This document shows, in pieces, positions 35,600 to 49,207 of a stretch of DNA of 64,000 nt. A model generated the notes under the pieces. The model worked only from the letters and a program-made list of their open reading frames with translations. It did not search any database and had not been told where the DNA came from. The translations under genes and the position numbers were made by a program. This DNA comes from Narcine bancroftii (Eukaryota), in assembly GCF_036971445.1 (NCBI RefSeq), contig NC_091471.1:331018001-331082000 (forward strand). The letters run 5' to 3'. How positions within the stretch are numbered: position 1 is the stretch's first letter; every line of letters starts with the position of its first letter.

Positions 35600-36035
35600 T
35601 AAATACCGGCCCAGCCCAGCCAATGAGATCAGTTCACTAGCTTAGCCAATGAGATTTCAGTCCCAATAAGGAGCTAATAAGGTGCCAGACACTGACCTAG
35701 CCCAGCCAATAAGAAACTATAGATTGACCCAGTGGAGCCAATGCTGCTCCGGTCACCACCCAGTTCATCCAATGAGGAGCCATCTACTGACCTGACCCAG
35801 CCCAGCCACGCCAGTAACGTACCTGTCATCGGTCCAACCAATAAGGCGACAACCAATCGGGTTCTGGATAACACGATCAACTAATGATTACAACAGACCG
35901 CACTTAGTGGCCAATGGGAGCCTTTGAGGACGAGGCGCCGGCCAATCAGCTGAGCTGGGAACCGCCCATGAGGCACAACATCACTTCCTGGAGAACGGGT
36001 CAGTTGAGACCGGAAGTGGAGGTGCAGCCGTGAGT
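35600..36035 (+). promoter_or_regulatory. BCAP31 promoter and probable non-coding exon 1, with 10 CCAAT boxes and ETS sites
   Basis: CCAAT at 35620, 35646, 35663, 35706, 35738, 35769, 35838, 35853, 35911, 35942; CCGGAAGT at ~36010; donor cc|gtgagt at 36030. Confidence 0.7.
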
Positions 36036-36899
36036 GGTGGTGAGAGGGTCCCCCATCGCTGTAACCCCCTCCTCCTTCTACCCCCCCAACACCCCTCCCA
36101 CCTACACGCCCAACACCACCCATACACTCCCCACCCCTACACCACTCCTAAACGCCCACACCCACCCCTTTTTCCCCCACTCCACTCCTACACCCCACCC
36201 CACGACATCCCCCTACCTCCACACCTCCCATATCCGCCATATCCCCTACAACCCCCACACTCCTTACAACTCATCCCTGTCCCCCCTACTCCCCTCTACA
36301 TCCCCATACACCCCCACTTAACAACCTTCCCTCCACCCTATTACATATCTCTCCATCCCCACCCTGTCCCCAACACCCCCACCCCCTACCCTTCCACAAC
36401 CCCTTCACCCCCCACTCCTCTATAACTCCCTACATCTCACACTGACTCCACACCTACACGTGAATGCCCCCACAACCACTACACCTGTACCCCTACACCC
36501 ACCTACAACCTCCAGCCCCGACACCCCACACAACTCCTACACCCCCCTGCACAGCCCTTACACCCCCTGACAATGCTTACATCTCCTGACCCACCTTCAC
36601 ACCCTGTGCATCCCCTCCACCCTATAACATAACTCCATCCCCTCCCTGTCCCCTACACCTCTGCACACCACCCTACACCCACTTACACCCCCTACTCTAC
36701 TCCCTTTACACCCCCACCCCCAATATCCCCCTACATGCCCCCACACCCACTACCTCATCCCTGTCCCCTACACCCACCAACAACCCCTACACTCCCCAGA
36801 CCCACCCTACACCTCCCACAACCCCTGAACCCCCTACACCCACCAACAATGCCTACACCTCCCGCAGACCCACCCAACACACCACCCTTCCGCATGGCC

Positions 36900-37372
36900 C
36901 CCCTTGTCTCTGTAACCCCCTCCGGTCCCCTACACCCCTCCCCGTCTCTGTAACCCCCTCCGGTCCCCTACACCCCTCCCCGTCTCTGTAACCCCCTCCG
37001 GTCCCCTACACCCCTCCCTGTCTCTGTAAACCCCTCCAGTCCTCTACATCTCACCCCCCCCCATCTCTGTAACCCCCTCTGGTCCCCTACAACCCTCCCT
37101 GTCTCTGTAACCCCCTCTGGTCCCCTACAACCCTCCCTGTCTCTGTAACACTCTCCGGTTCTCTACATCCCTCCCTGTCCTGTGAACCCTTGCCTGTCAA
37201 CTATACCCTTCCCTGTCTCTGTAACCCTCTCCAGTCCCCTGCACCTCTTCCTGTCTCTGTGAATCCCCTCCGTTCTCCTACACCCCTCCCTGACCCTGTA
37301 ATCCTCTCCAGTCCCCTATACCCCTCCCTGTCTCTGTAACACTCTCTGGTCCCATTCACCCCTCCCTGTCTG
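36900..37372. repeat. ~38 bp dispersed minisatellite (CCTGTCTCTGTAACCCCCTCCGGTCCCCTACACCCCTC); reverse-complement arrays at 18490-18770, 52988-53520, 60368-60660
   Basis: Same unit in four separate introns. Confidence 0.92.
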
Positions 37373-37862
37373 TGTTTATGTTGTGTGGGGCACTAGCTCC
37401 CAGGTGTTGGACTTTACCCTGCATATGTAGCCTCCTTTGGGTGTGACATTGTTGAGTTCTGACACTTCTATTTAGGAATGCAGATCTCAGATTCATTTTG
37501 GTTTTGTAATGTTGCACAATCTGGGGTGGGTGATTGGTGAATCTCTAAAGCCTGTTTAAAAAGGGTAGAATGTCAGGCGGTAAAAGATGGGCAATTATCG
37601 ACCCCCTTTGCACTCTTTTCCCCCTCCCATCTCAGGCAACCCGGGGTCAGACACAGAGTGAACGAAGCTCCTTCCGCACCATCCCATCACACACTCCCGG
37701 GGTCAGACACAGAGTGAAGGCAACCCCCTTTGTGTGACTGGGCTTGAGAAATGGAGAGGGGAGATGCCTGGGGCTTGGGTAATGGAGAGGGGAGTTGGCT
37801 GGGTTTCCATTCCACTAATGCTCATTCCTTTCTCTTCTGCCAAGTATTAGGACAAGATCACA

Positions 37863-37954
37863 ATGAGTCTACAGTGGACAGCGGTGGCAGGCTTCCTGTA
37901 TGCCGAGGTGTTTGCCCTGCTCCTCATGTGCATCCCCTTCCTTTCAGCAAAACA
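37863..37954 (+). CDS. BCAP31: B-cell receptor-associated protein 31, first coding exon MSLQWTAVAGFLYAEVFALLLMCIPFLSAK(Q)
   Basis: Matches the BAP31 N-terminus MSLQWTAVATFLYAEVF; 92 coding nt, donor |gtgagt. Absent from the ORF track. Confidence 0.93.
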
Positions 37955-38159
37955 GTGAGTTGTTCTCCATTGCCCGCTTCTGTGCAAGTGCCGAGCTGAT
38001 CTGGCTGGGGCACTGTTGCAAGGGGTGGTGACCCAGGGTTCGATCCTGCACATTTTCCCCCGTGACGTTCCAAGATACCGGAGCAGAAAGTGGCCTATCA
38101 AGTCTGCCCTGCAATTCCATTCATGAGTTGATCCATCCTCCCATCAGCCCCGCTTCCTA

Positions 38160-38290
38160 GCTGTCTGCGTGGGTTTTCCTTGGGGACTCTGGTTTCCTCC
38201 CACCATTCAAAACCGTACTAGGGGTGTAGGTTAATGGGGTGTAACCGGGCAGCACGGACCCGATGCATGTGCTGCATGTCTAAATTTAAA
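38160..38290 (+). mobile_element. V-SINE (HE1-like) fragment; further copies at ~55100-55270, 58890-59030 and 60700-60850 (-)
   Basis: Core gcgtgggttttcc..ggg.ctc.ggtttcctccca motif typical of the V-SINE central domain. Confidence 0.55.
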
Positions 38291-39819
38291 TGGTTGGCAC
38301 TGATTGGGCATTAAATGTTTCAAAGACCTTTTAATTCAAAATAATTCTGCTAGTGGTAAAAGTTAACTTCCAAAACACAGTTTTTTTTAGATATTTACAA
38401 GTTAGACATTTTGGTGTTAGATCCCTGATTTTCTTCAAATCCCCAAGGCAAAGATTTTTTATGCACTTTGGGATTTCTAGCTCTATCATAAATCTCTTAT
38501 TTCTAACAAGTTGCTTGATTTAAGTTGGTTAAAATCAAGAGTCTGGGAACAGGATTTCAATCCTTCAATCTCTAAGTGTTGGAATTCTGCCTGTTGTTTG
38601 ATTGTAGTTCAGTTTATTTATAGAGCACGTTTAAAACATCTCACAGTGACCAAAGTGCTGTATGGATCAAAAAGATATCACAGCGAGACGACTGTTTAAA
38701 GCCCAGAATAGGAGGAAAACGAGAAGTTAAGACACACGGTAATAATCAGATGCACAAGGAGAGCTCACTCTAGATGGAAAAGAGTTGACGGAAGGGGCCC
38801 ATTTGATGGGGGGGGGGGGGAAATGTTATCCCACAGTTTGGGGGCTGTGGTTGCAGAGGTGCGAATCCCTCCCCCCCCACCCGAGTTTACAAACAGCTGA
38901 GCGCCCCGAGTTCGCCAGCCTGCGGAGTCTTGAAGTGGAGTATGGCATGATCTAAGGGGTGGGGGGGAGGGCTAGCCCGTTAATGGACAAGATCTATTCT
39001 GAGCCGTGCTGGCAGCCAGTGGAGGGAGGCCAGAAGAAGAGTGATAGGGTCCCTCTTCTCTGCTCCCTGTTAGGAGCCTGGTATCTAGAGAGTTAGAACA
39101 AGGGAATACAAGGGCATGGATAACTTTCTCTGTAAATGAAAGGGATAATTTGATTTTGGTGATAGTGCGGCTTGAAGTTCTGTAGGTGGTCGATGCCTTG
39201 TAAAAGATGATTCCCTATTTCTGGCCCTAAAATCTGTAACTTACCATATATAGCATGTAAAAGTTGACCTCCCTCACCAATCCATGCTTCAAACACCCTG
39301 ACCACGGACTCTCAGCCCCTCCGCCTACCCATCCGTGTTCCCGACACCCTGACCACAGACTCTCACCCCAACCACCCACCCATCTGTGCTCCCCAAACTC
39401 TAACTGTGGACTCTCACCCCCCCACTCCGGCCCGCTCATTCATGCTTCTGACACCCTGACCATGGACTCAACCCAGACCTCCCACCCATCCGTGCTCCTG
39501 AACCCTTGAACCCATATGCATGTAAAAGTCAACCCTCTAAATTTTACCCTAAAAATCTGTCCACAAAATATGACTGTTACCTGGTAGATACTTAAAAATG
39601 ACAGGTCTTTACTAAAATAGGTTGCAGGTATATCTCAAAAGAAGGAAGGTGACAGGAAAATTTTATGGTAATGTTCGTGATCAGCTGCCTGAAATCCATG
39701 AAATACCCCCCAGAAGTGTTCAGGAGACAACATCCTCATTGTCCAGTGTAATCAACTGCTGAGATGGTGTCTTGGGTAAACTTATACCTCTCATTTTGTT
39801 CGTTTTAGATTGGTTACAG

Positions 39820-40414
39820 TGTTTGAGCTACCGAAAGAAAATAGACACACGCAGACCGAGAGCAGTTCAGTTTATACAAGTCTTTATTACTAAATAGCTA
39901 GCTGAATTCACACTACAATATACAAGCCCTTCCCAATTATACTTATCAATGCCTGGACTGGTCCCAACTGCCAAAGCAAGGCGACGACTGCACACTTGTA
40001 GGTTGTCTGGGCGCCGGTAGCAGCTTCTCCACCTCCCCGGACCGGGATGTTGGTTGGAATCTTGAAGTTCTTCTTCTTGCTGAGAGATGTTGCCACCTTT
40101 TGGAGAGTCTCAAACTTCAGCAGTGGGACCATGGCTTATATTACCCAAAATTTGTTTACTTCAGATCTTAGCTCTTTGAACAAATGATTTAATTATCTTC
40201 AAGGTCTCCTGACAGTCTGCGACCAACAAAAGACAACTGCATCTCTGGGCCCCATATAGTGTAAATTTAGATAATGTCTTCTGATTCAACTGCATCCTGG
40301 GCCCCATGGTGGAATTTAGGTGTGTCTACTCATTCATATGCAGCAAGCAGGTTCTCAGCCTTGCAGAAGCAAAGGCTGAAAAAGTAAGAAACACGGTTTA
40401 AATCTTCCATTACA
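39820..40414 (-). mobile_element. Possible solo LTR in a BCAP31 intron
   Basis: TG...CA ends; reverse-complement AATAAAG at ~39880 and TATA-like motif at ~40136 in LTR order; no TSD seen. Confidence 0.35.
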
Positions 40415-40709
40415 GATGGGGGAAATCCGAGGGTGGTGGTGGTGGTGGGGGGGGCGGGGGGTGGATGGTGGGGAAATTTATGGGACAGTTGGGAGAGTTA
40501 AATGGCATCAGTGTCTCTGGGAGGTTGGCAATGTGCCAAAAGCCTTTTGACATGTAAGAGGAGGACCCTTGACCACACCTCTGGCCCCGGAGCTGTTTCC
40601 CAACCCCTGGCAAGGGAGGGCAGGGTCTCCCACCTGGGTTTCCATGCATGTTCCCCATCCTGAGCAGTTGCCTCTGATCACTGACTGGCCTGAATCTCCG
40701 TCCTTGCAG

Positions 40710-40810
40710 GTGGCAAAGGCTTTTCCGATCCAGCCTCTTCACCCTCGCTGTGTCGTATGGAAACAAATTCTTTTTCTTCTTCATCGCCTTGCTGGCCTTC
40801 CTCGTGTTTG
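40710..40810 (+). CDS. BCAP31: BCAP31 exon WQRLFRSSLFTLAVSYGNKFFFFFIALLAFLVF
   Basis: ttgcag| ... |gtaagt; 101 bp, phase 2 to 1; homologous to WQKIFKSRLVELLVSYGNTFF. Confidence 0.92.
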
Positions 40811-41604
40811 GTAAGTGTCAGGGGTGGGGTTTTATGGGCGACTGAAGTTGCTCTTGGGAGTCTGTCTTCTGGCGTGCCAAGTTTTCCCTGAATCTGTAAA
40901 ACTGGGAAAGGTTGCAGCTCTACAAATCTCTGGTGAGATCCCACTTGGAGGATTGTGTTCAGTTCTGGACACCTCTCTTCCTGTAATGAAGTGTGGAGCG
41001 GGTGCAGAGGAGATTGATCAGGATATTGCCTGAATTGGAAAATAAGTCTCGTTAGGCAAGGTTAGCAGAGCTGGGACTTTTCTCTATAGAGCGTAGAAGG
41101 ATGAGAGAAGAATTTCTTCGGGGCAAAATTGGGTCACCACTCGCTTGCAGTGTGAAAATGGCCAGGTCTACAAGACTCTGGGAAGCATAGATAGGGTGAA
41201 CGGCCAGCACCTGTTTTCCCAGGGCAGGATCAGCAAACACCATAGGATGTCTGTAGAAAGTGAAGGGAAGGATGTTTAGGGGTGTTTTTTTTTACAGAGA
41301 ATTGTGGGGGCCTGGAATGCCTCGCCAGGATTGGTGGTGGAGGCTGGGACATTGGGGGCATTTAAAGAGCCTCTTAGGTACATGGATTGAAGAAAAATAG
41401 AGGGTTACGGGGTATGGAGGGGTATATGGGTCGGCACAACATGGAGGGCCGAAAAGCCTGTCCTGTGCTCTATAGTGTTCTGTGTTCAATCCAACTCTAT
41501 AACATCCGGGAGCTGGGCGACCAGAACTGTGCTCGAGAGAAGTGCGTAGCTTCGTGGCAGGGCTTAGAGCTGTGATCTCACCAGGCCTTTCATACTGCAG
41601 GGTA

Positions 41605-41821
41605 AAATGATATTCTCGGGAAACATTCCTGGGCCACCCTCTCCCTGTGGTTTGAACAGGTTGGCCTCAGGAAATGTTTGCCAGACCACCCTCTCTCTGT
41701 GGTGTGAAGAGGTCAGCCCCGGGATACGTTCCTGGACCACCCTCTCCCTGCAGTATGAACAGGTCGGCCCCAGGAAATGTTCCTGGACCACCCTCTCCCA
41801 ATGGCGTGAAAACTTCAGCCC
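41605..41821. repeat. ~51 bp tandem repeat (GGAAATGTTCCTGGACCACCCTCTCCCTGTGGTGTGAAGAGGTCAGCCCC) split by the L1; continues at 50596-50710
   Basis: Same unit on both L1 flanks. Confidence 0.85.
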
Positions 41822-44800
41822 CCGGGGAGGAGTCATGTGATGGAGTAGTGGCCGGTCAGGGAACTCCAGCCCTCTCCGGAAAAGTTTAAAAAAAAAATAC
41901 ACAAAACACAAAGGCACAAGAATAAAAATTAAAATAAAGTGAAAGTAAAGGTGGGAAGAAAATGGCAGCGAAGAAAGAAAAGTCGAAAGCAACGGGAAGA
42001 AGAGAAGAAGAAAGAACGTCGGAAGAAGAAGGTGAAGGCCTTACCTGTTCGAGGAGGCCCGCCGCGGAGAGAGAAGCCCGCTCCCTAAGGTCAGTGGAAG
42101 TCCTGAGCTCGGGACTACAAAAATGGCTCGTGGAGCCAAGTAAAAATGCGCAACCGCGCATGAAAAAAAAAAAACACTGACGGGAGGGGGGATCAGCTGA
42201 GGAGTCGATCTCCACAGCTGAGGATGACAGCTGCAACATAACAACAGGAACAGAACATAGAAAACAACGAGAACAAGAAAGAAGAGAGTAAAAAGAAAAC
42301 AAGGAAAGAACAGATGACCAACCCAGAGGAAGAAGAAGAACATAGAGAAATGAAAGAAGAAGGGAAAGGCAAGACAATGGATATATTTTTTTAAAGAATA
42401 TATGGAATCAGTAAAAGAATGGCAATTACAAGAATTTAGTGAAATAAAAAGAAGAATTAAAAGTGCAGAAGAAAAAATGAATAGAATAGAGATGGTCATG
42501 TCAGATATAGGAAAAAGAGTGGACAAGGTGGAAGAACGAGAAACAGCCGTAGAAATGGAAGTAGAGGACTTAAAAAAGAAATTAGAAGAATCTAATAAAA
42601 AAGTTAAAGAGACAAAAGAGCTGTAAGCTAAGATGATAGATATAATGGAAAATTATAATAGAAGAAATAATATAAAGATAGTGGGCCTTAAGGAAGATGA
42701 AGAAGGTAAGAATATGAGAGAATTTATAAAAGATTGGATTCCCAGGGTCCTAGGAAGACCAGAATTACAGGATGAAATGGAAATAGAAAGGGAACATAGA
42801 ACATTAGCCCTGAAACCACAGCCACAACAAAATCCAAGATCCATTTTAGTAAAATTCTTAAGATATACAACAAGAGAAAATATATTGGAGAAAGCAATGA
42901 AGAAAATAAGAGAAGACAAAAAGCCACTGGAATACAAAGGTCAAAAAAATTTTTTCTATCCAGACATAAGTTTTGAACTCCTGAAGAAGAGGAAGGAGTT
43001 TAATACAGCAAAAACGATCCTATGGAAAAAAGGATATAAATTTATGCTAAAGTACCCAGTGGTACTTAAAATAGTTATTCCAGGGCAGCAAAACAGACTA
43101 TTCTCGGATCCGGAGGAAGCACGAAAATTTGCAGAACAACTACAAAACAGGCTGAGAGATGAAGACATGTAACGAGAGTAAAAATGACCACAAACTATAT
43201 GTATGTGTGTATATGGGTGTATATATATATATATATATAGATGTGTATGTATATATGTGTGTACATGAGTGTATCCGTATTTAGAGGAAAATATATAGAG
43301 TATAGATAAGAATTAATAAGGGAATGAAAGGGAACAGAGGAAGTAAGGAGGGAATTAAAAGAGTGACCTTAGTTATATATGAAAATTGAAATCTTTTCTG
43401 GGGGGGCTGGGTGGGGAGGAGTTACGGTCACTGTGAAATCAGTTGACGCTTGCGAGTGAATTAGCAAATCCAAATGGAGAGGGGAGATGTGGTTGCCCAA
43501 CAAGGGATAAAGGGCAACTCAGGAAGGGGAGGGGATAGTGGGGTTAAAGAAATTTTAGATAGGAGAATAAGGGAAATGTTTGATGTTTTAGAAATGTTGT
43601 CTTATAAAGTGTTCAAAACAAGAAACCAGAAATGGATAAGAAGGAAAGGTGATGATGAGGAAACGGAACGGAAAGATAAACAAAGTATGAAATGGCTACG
43701 TTGAACTATATGACTTTAAATATTAACGGAATACATAACCAAATCAAAAGGAAGAAACTGCTAAATTTACTGAAAAAAAAAATTGATATAGCATTCGTGC
43801 AAGAAACACATTTAACTGAAATGGAGCACAAGAAATTAAAGAGAGATTGGGTAGGACATGTAACAGCAGCGTCATATAATTAAAAAGCTAGAGGAGTGGC
43901 TATATTAATCAGTAAAAATGTAGCAATTAAAATAGAAGAGGAAATAATAGATCCAGCAGGGAGATATATAATGATAAAATGTCAGATATATTCGGAGTTT
44001 TGGAATTTACTCAATGTATATTCACCTAACGAAGAAGATCAAAAATTTATGCAAGATATTTTTTTGAAGATAGCAGACATGCAAGGGAACATACTAATAG
44101 GAGGGGATTTCAACCTTAATTTGGATTCAAACATGGATAAAACTGGGAAAAATCTAACAGAAAGAACAAAGTAACCAAATTTATAATTAAATCGATGCAA
44201 CAAATGCAACTTTTGGCTATATGGAGGAAACAACACCCAAAGGAAAAGGAATATTCATATTATTCGGGTAGACATAAAACATACTCAAGAATAGACCTAT
44301 TCCTGTTATCAGCTCGTATGCAAGAAAGAGTAAGAAAAACAGAATATAAAGCTAGAATATTATCGGACCACTCACCCCTGATATTGACAATAGAGTTAGA
44401 GGACATCCCTCCAAGAATGTATAGATGGAGATTAAATTCCATGCTACTTAAAAGGCAGGATTTTAGAGAATTAATTGAAAGACAAATTAAAATGTACTTT
44501 GAAATAAATACGGAATCAGTGAAAGATAAGTTTATACTATGGGATGCAATGAAAGCATTCATCAGAGGGCAAATAATAAGTTATGTAACCAAGATGAAGA
44601 AGGACAATAATCAGGAACCAGAGCAGTTGGAAAGGGAAATAGTAAATATAGAAAAAGAATTAGCAATGAAGGAAGACACAACTAAAAGAAGAGAATTGGC
44701 AGATAAAAAAAATTAAATATGAAACACTACAAACATATAAGGTGGAGAAGAACATAATGAAGACAAAACAGAAATATTATGAACTAGGAGAAAAAACGCA

Positions 44801-45562
44801 CAAAATTCTAGCATGGCAGCTTAAGACAGAACAAACTAAGAGAATGGTATTGGCATCAAGGAAAAAAGACAAACAAATCACATATAATCCAACGGAGATT
44901 AATGAACACTTCTGAGAATTCTACGAACAATTATACCAAACTGAAAACGAAGGGAAAAAAGACAAAATAGATGAATTTTTAACTAAAATTGAACTACCGA
45001 AATTACAAATAGAGGAACAAAATAAATTAACAGAACCATTTGAAATAGTAGAAATACAAGAGATAATAAAAAAACTACCGAATAATAAAACACCAGGAGA
45101 GGATGGATTCCCAATAGAATTCTATAAAACATTTAAAGATTTATTAATTCCTCCCCTCCTGGAAGTAATCAACCAGATTGATAAAACACAAAGCTTACCA
45201 GATTCATGCAAAACAGCAATAATTACAGTAATACCAAAGACAGGGAAAGATCCACTCTCACCAGCGTCATATAGACCAATATCTTTACTTAACACAGATT
45301 ATAAGATAATAGCTAAACTATTAGCAAACAGATTAGCCGACTATGTACCTAAAATAGTAAATCTAGACAAACTGGATTTATTAAAAAAAGATGAACAACA
45401 GACAATATTTGTAAATTTATTAACTTAATTCATGCAGTAGAAGGGAATAAAGCTCCAACAGTAGCAGTTGCTTCTAGACGCAGAGAAGGCCTTTGACAGA
45501 GTAGAATGGAATTATTTATCAAAGTATTACAAAAATTCAGTTTACCAGAGAAGTATATTAAT

Positions 45563-46662
45563 GAAGACGCTGTTTACATCCGGTACCGCACGGATGGCAG
45601 TCTCTTCAATCTGAGGCGCCTGCAAGCTCACACCAAGACACAAGAGAAACTTGTCCGTGAACTACTCTTTGCAGATGATGCCGCTTTAGTTGCCCATTCA
45701 GAGCCAGCTCTTCAGCGCTTGACGTCCTGCTTTGCGGAAACTGCCAAAATGTTTGGCTGGAAGTCAGCCTGAAGAAAACTGAGGTCCTCCATCAGCCAGC
45801 TCCCCACCATGACTACCAGCCCCCCCCCACATCTCCATCGGGCACACAAAACTCAAAACGGTCAACCAGTTTACCTATCTCGGCTGCACCATTTCATCAG
45901 ATGCAAGGATCGACAATGAGATAGACAACAGACTCGCCAAGGCAAATAGCGCCTTTGGAAGACTACACAAAAGAGTCTGGAAAAACAACCAACTGAAAAA
46001 CCTCACAAAGATAAGCGTATACAGAGCCGTTGTCATACCCACACTCCTGTTCGGCTCCGAATCATGGGTCCTCTACCGGCACCACCTACGGCTCCTAGAA
46101 CGCTTCCACCAGCGTTGTCTCCGCTCCATCCTCAACATCCATTGGAGCGCTCACACCCCTAACGTCGAGGTACTCGAGATGGCAGAGGTCGACAGCATCG
46201 AGTCCACGCTGCTGAAGATCCAGCTGCGCTGGATGGGTCACGTCTCCAGAATGGAGGACCATCGCCTTCCCAAGATCGTATTATATGGCGAGCTCTCCAC
46301 TGGCCACCGTGACAGAGGTGCACCAAAGAAAAGGTACAAGGACTGCCTAAAGAAATCTCTTGGTGCCTGCCACATTGACCACCGCCAGTGGGCTGATAAC
46401 GCCTCAAACCGTGCATCTTGGCGCCTCACAGTTTGGCGGGCAGCAGCCTCCTTTGAAGAAGACCGCAGAGCCCACCTCACTGACAAAAGGCAAAGGAGGA
46501 AAAACCCAACACCCAACCCCAACCAACCAATTTTCCCTTGCAACCGCTGCAATCGTGTCTGCCTGTCCCGCATCGGACTGGTCAGCCACAAACGAGCCTG
46601 CAGCTGACGTGGACTTTTTACCCCCTCCATAAATCTTCGTCCGCGAAGCCAAGCCAAAGAAG
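45563..46662 (+). mobile_element. 5'-truncated RTE-clade LINE nested in L1 ORF2
   Basis: RYRTDGSLFNLRRL, LLFADDAAL, QLRWMGHVSRM..RLPKIVLYGEL, C-terminal CNRC..H..C; TSD ATATTAAT at 45555-45562 and 46663-46670; abrupt GC rise. Confidence 0.9.
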
Positions 46663-47472
46663 ATATTAATTGGATTAAAGCATTATATAAGGGGCCATTG
46701 GCGAAAGTGACAGTAAATGAATATATATCAAAGCAATTTAACTTAAGCAGATCAACAAGGCAGGGATGCCCACTATCACCCTTATTGTTTGTGTTAGCTA
46801 TAGAACCACTAGCAGAATTGATAAGAACAGAAAATAATATAAAAGGGATAAAAATAAAAGACAAGGAATATAAAATCAGTTTATTTGCAGATGACGTTAT
46901 AGTATACTTAACAGAACCAGAAATATCAATAAAAGGATTACATAAGAAATTGAAAGAATATGGAGAAGTGTTGGGATACAAGATTAACGCAAATAAAAGT
47001 GAAGCAATGCCAATGAATAATGCGGATTTCTCAAAATTTAAGAAAGAATCACCATTCAGATGGCAAATGCAAGCAATACGATACCTATGTATACAAATAA
47101 ATAAAAACCTCGGCCATCTATATAAATTCAATTATTATCCACTAATGAAAAAATTACAGGACGACTTAGAGCATTGGAAAGACTTACCACTAACACTAAT
47201 AGGAAGGATAAACTGTATTAAAATGAACATTTTCCCAAGGATATAATACCTACTTCAGGCATTGCCAATACACTTGACGGAGAAATTCTTAAGGAGTTAA
47301 AGAAATAATAAGGAAATTTTTATGGAAAGGGAGGAAACCGAGGATAGCACTAGATAAATTAACAGAATGGTATAAACAAGGAGTTCTTACAACTGCCAAA
47401 CTTTAAAAATTATTATAGAGGCGCACAATTAAGATACCTATCAGATTTTTATCAAACAAGGGAAAAGCCAGA

Positions 47473-49207
47473 AGACAAATAAATAAAATGGAGATGACCT
47501 TAACAGAAATGGGAAAGAAAATGGACAAGATGGAAGAGCAGGCAGTAGCAGCAGAAATGGAGGTAGAAGACTTAAAAAAGAAATTGAAGAAATCTAATAA
47601 AAAAACTAAAGAGACACAAGAACTACTAGCTCAAAAAATAGATACAATGGAAAACCATAACAGAAGAAATAACATAAAGATAGTGGGCCTTAAGGAAGAT
47701 TAAGAAGGCAAGAATATGAGGGAGTTTATAAAAGAGTGGATCCCTAAGACCCTAGGATGTCCAGAACTACAGCAAGAAATGGAAATAGAAAGGGCACATA
47801 GAGTATTGGCCTCTAAACCACAACCACAACAAAAACCAAGATCTATTGTAGTAAAATTCCTAAGATATACTACAAGAGAAAAGGTACTGGAGAAGACAAT
47901 GGAAAAAGTAAGAGAGGGCAACAAACCACTGGAGTATAAAGGGCAAAAAATCTTCATTTATCAAGATATAAGTTTTGAACTCCTAAAGAAGAGAAAGGAG
48001 TTCAATACAGCAAAGGCGATTTTATGGAAGAAAGGGTATAAATTTATACTAAAGCATCCAGCGGAATTGAAAATATTTATTCCAGGTCAACAAAACAGAC
48101 TATTCTCGGATCCAGAAGAAGCACGAAAATTTGCAGAACAATTACAAAAATAGACTGAGGGAGGAAGACGGGTAATGAGAGTTAAAATGATCACGATTGA
48201 TATGTATGTGGGTAAAGACAAAAATAGACTGAGGGATGAAGACGGGTAACGAGAGTAAAAATGATCACGATTGATATGTATGCGGGTAAAGAGGTATAAG
48301 AGTGAATAGAGACAATGAGCATACATGAATGTATCTGTACTTAGAGGAAAATATAGATAGTATAGACAAGAATTAATAAGGGAAGGTAATGGAATAGAGA
48401 GAATAAGGAGGGAATTAAAAGAGTGACCTTTGTGACATATGAAAAGTGAAATCTTTTCTGGGGGAGGCGGGGAGGGGGGAAATAGCGGTCACTGCAAAAT
48501 CAGTTGACGCTTGCGAGTGGATTCGCAAATCCAAATGGAGAGGGGAGATGTGGTTGTCCGACAAGGGATAAAGGACAACTCAGGAGGTGAAGGGGAGATT
48601 GGGGATAAATAAGATAGAAATAGGAGAATAAGGAAAATGTTGGATGTTGTAGGAATGTTGTCTTATAAAGAGTTGAAAATAAGAAAACAGAAATGGAAAA
48701 GGAGGAAAGGTAATGATGGGAAAACGGAAAGAGAAGATAAACAAAATATAAAAGGGCTACGCTGAACTATATGTCTTTAAATATTAATGGAATACATAAA
48801 CAAATCTAAAAGGAAGAAACTACTAAATTTAAATGAATAAATGTATTCCATTAGAAAAAATAACATATAGGTTAAAAAATAATATTGAAATATTCGAACA
48901 AGTATAGGAGCCTTACATTAAATACAATAGCGAAAACCTACTGGGGACAAACATTACCTAAGTTGATGGAAGGAGAAGGAAAGAAAAGAATGGACTCAGT
49001 AGAATTTCTGGTGTAATTTTGTTGAATGACAACATTATCTGACTGGCTTAATGCAACCTAGATTGTATACCTAAAATGGATGAGAGGGGGGGGTGGTTTG
49101 GAGGAAAAGGGGGGGGGGGGAGAAAAAGTCACTGTATATGTGTGAAAAGAAATAGTGTATATCATGGCTAATGTGATTTATGGTGTGAAAAATAAAAAAT
49201 TAAAAAA
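47473..49207 (+). mobile_element. ORF2-deleted L1 derivative (half-L1-like) nested in L1 ORF2
   Basis: ORF1 C-terminal part, inter-ORF spacer, ORF2 start fused at ~48830 to the ORF2 end, 3'UTR and polyA; 19-bp TSD AAACAAGGGAAAAGCCAGA at 47454-47472 and 49208-49226. Confidence 0.88.
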
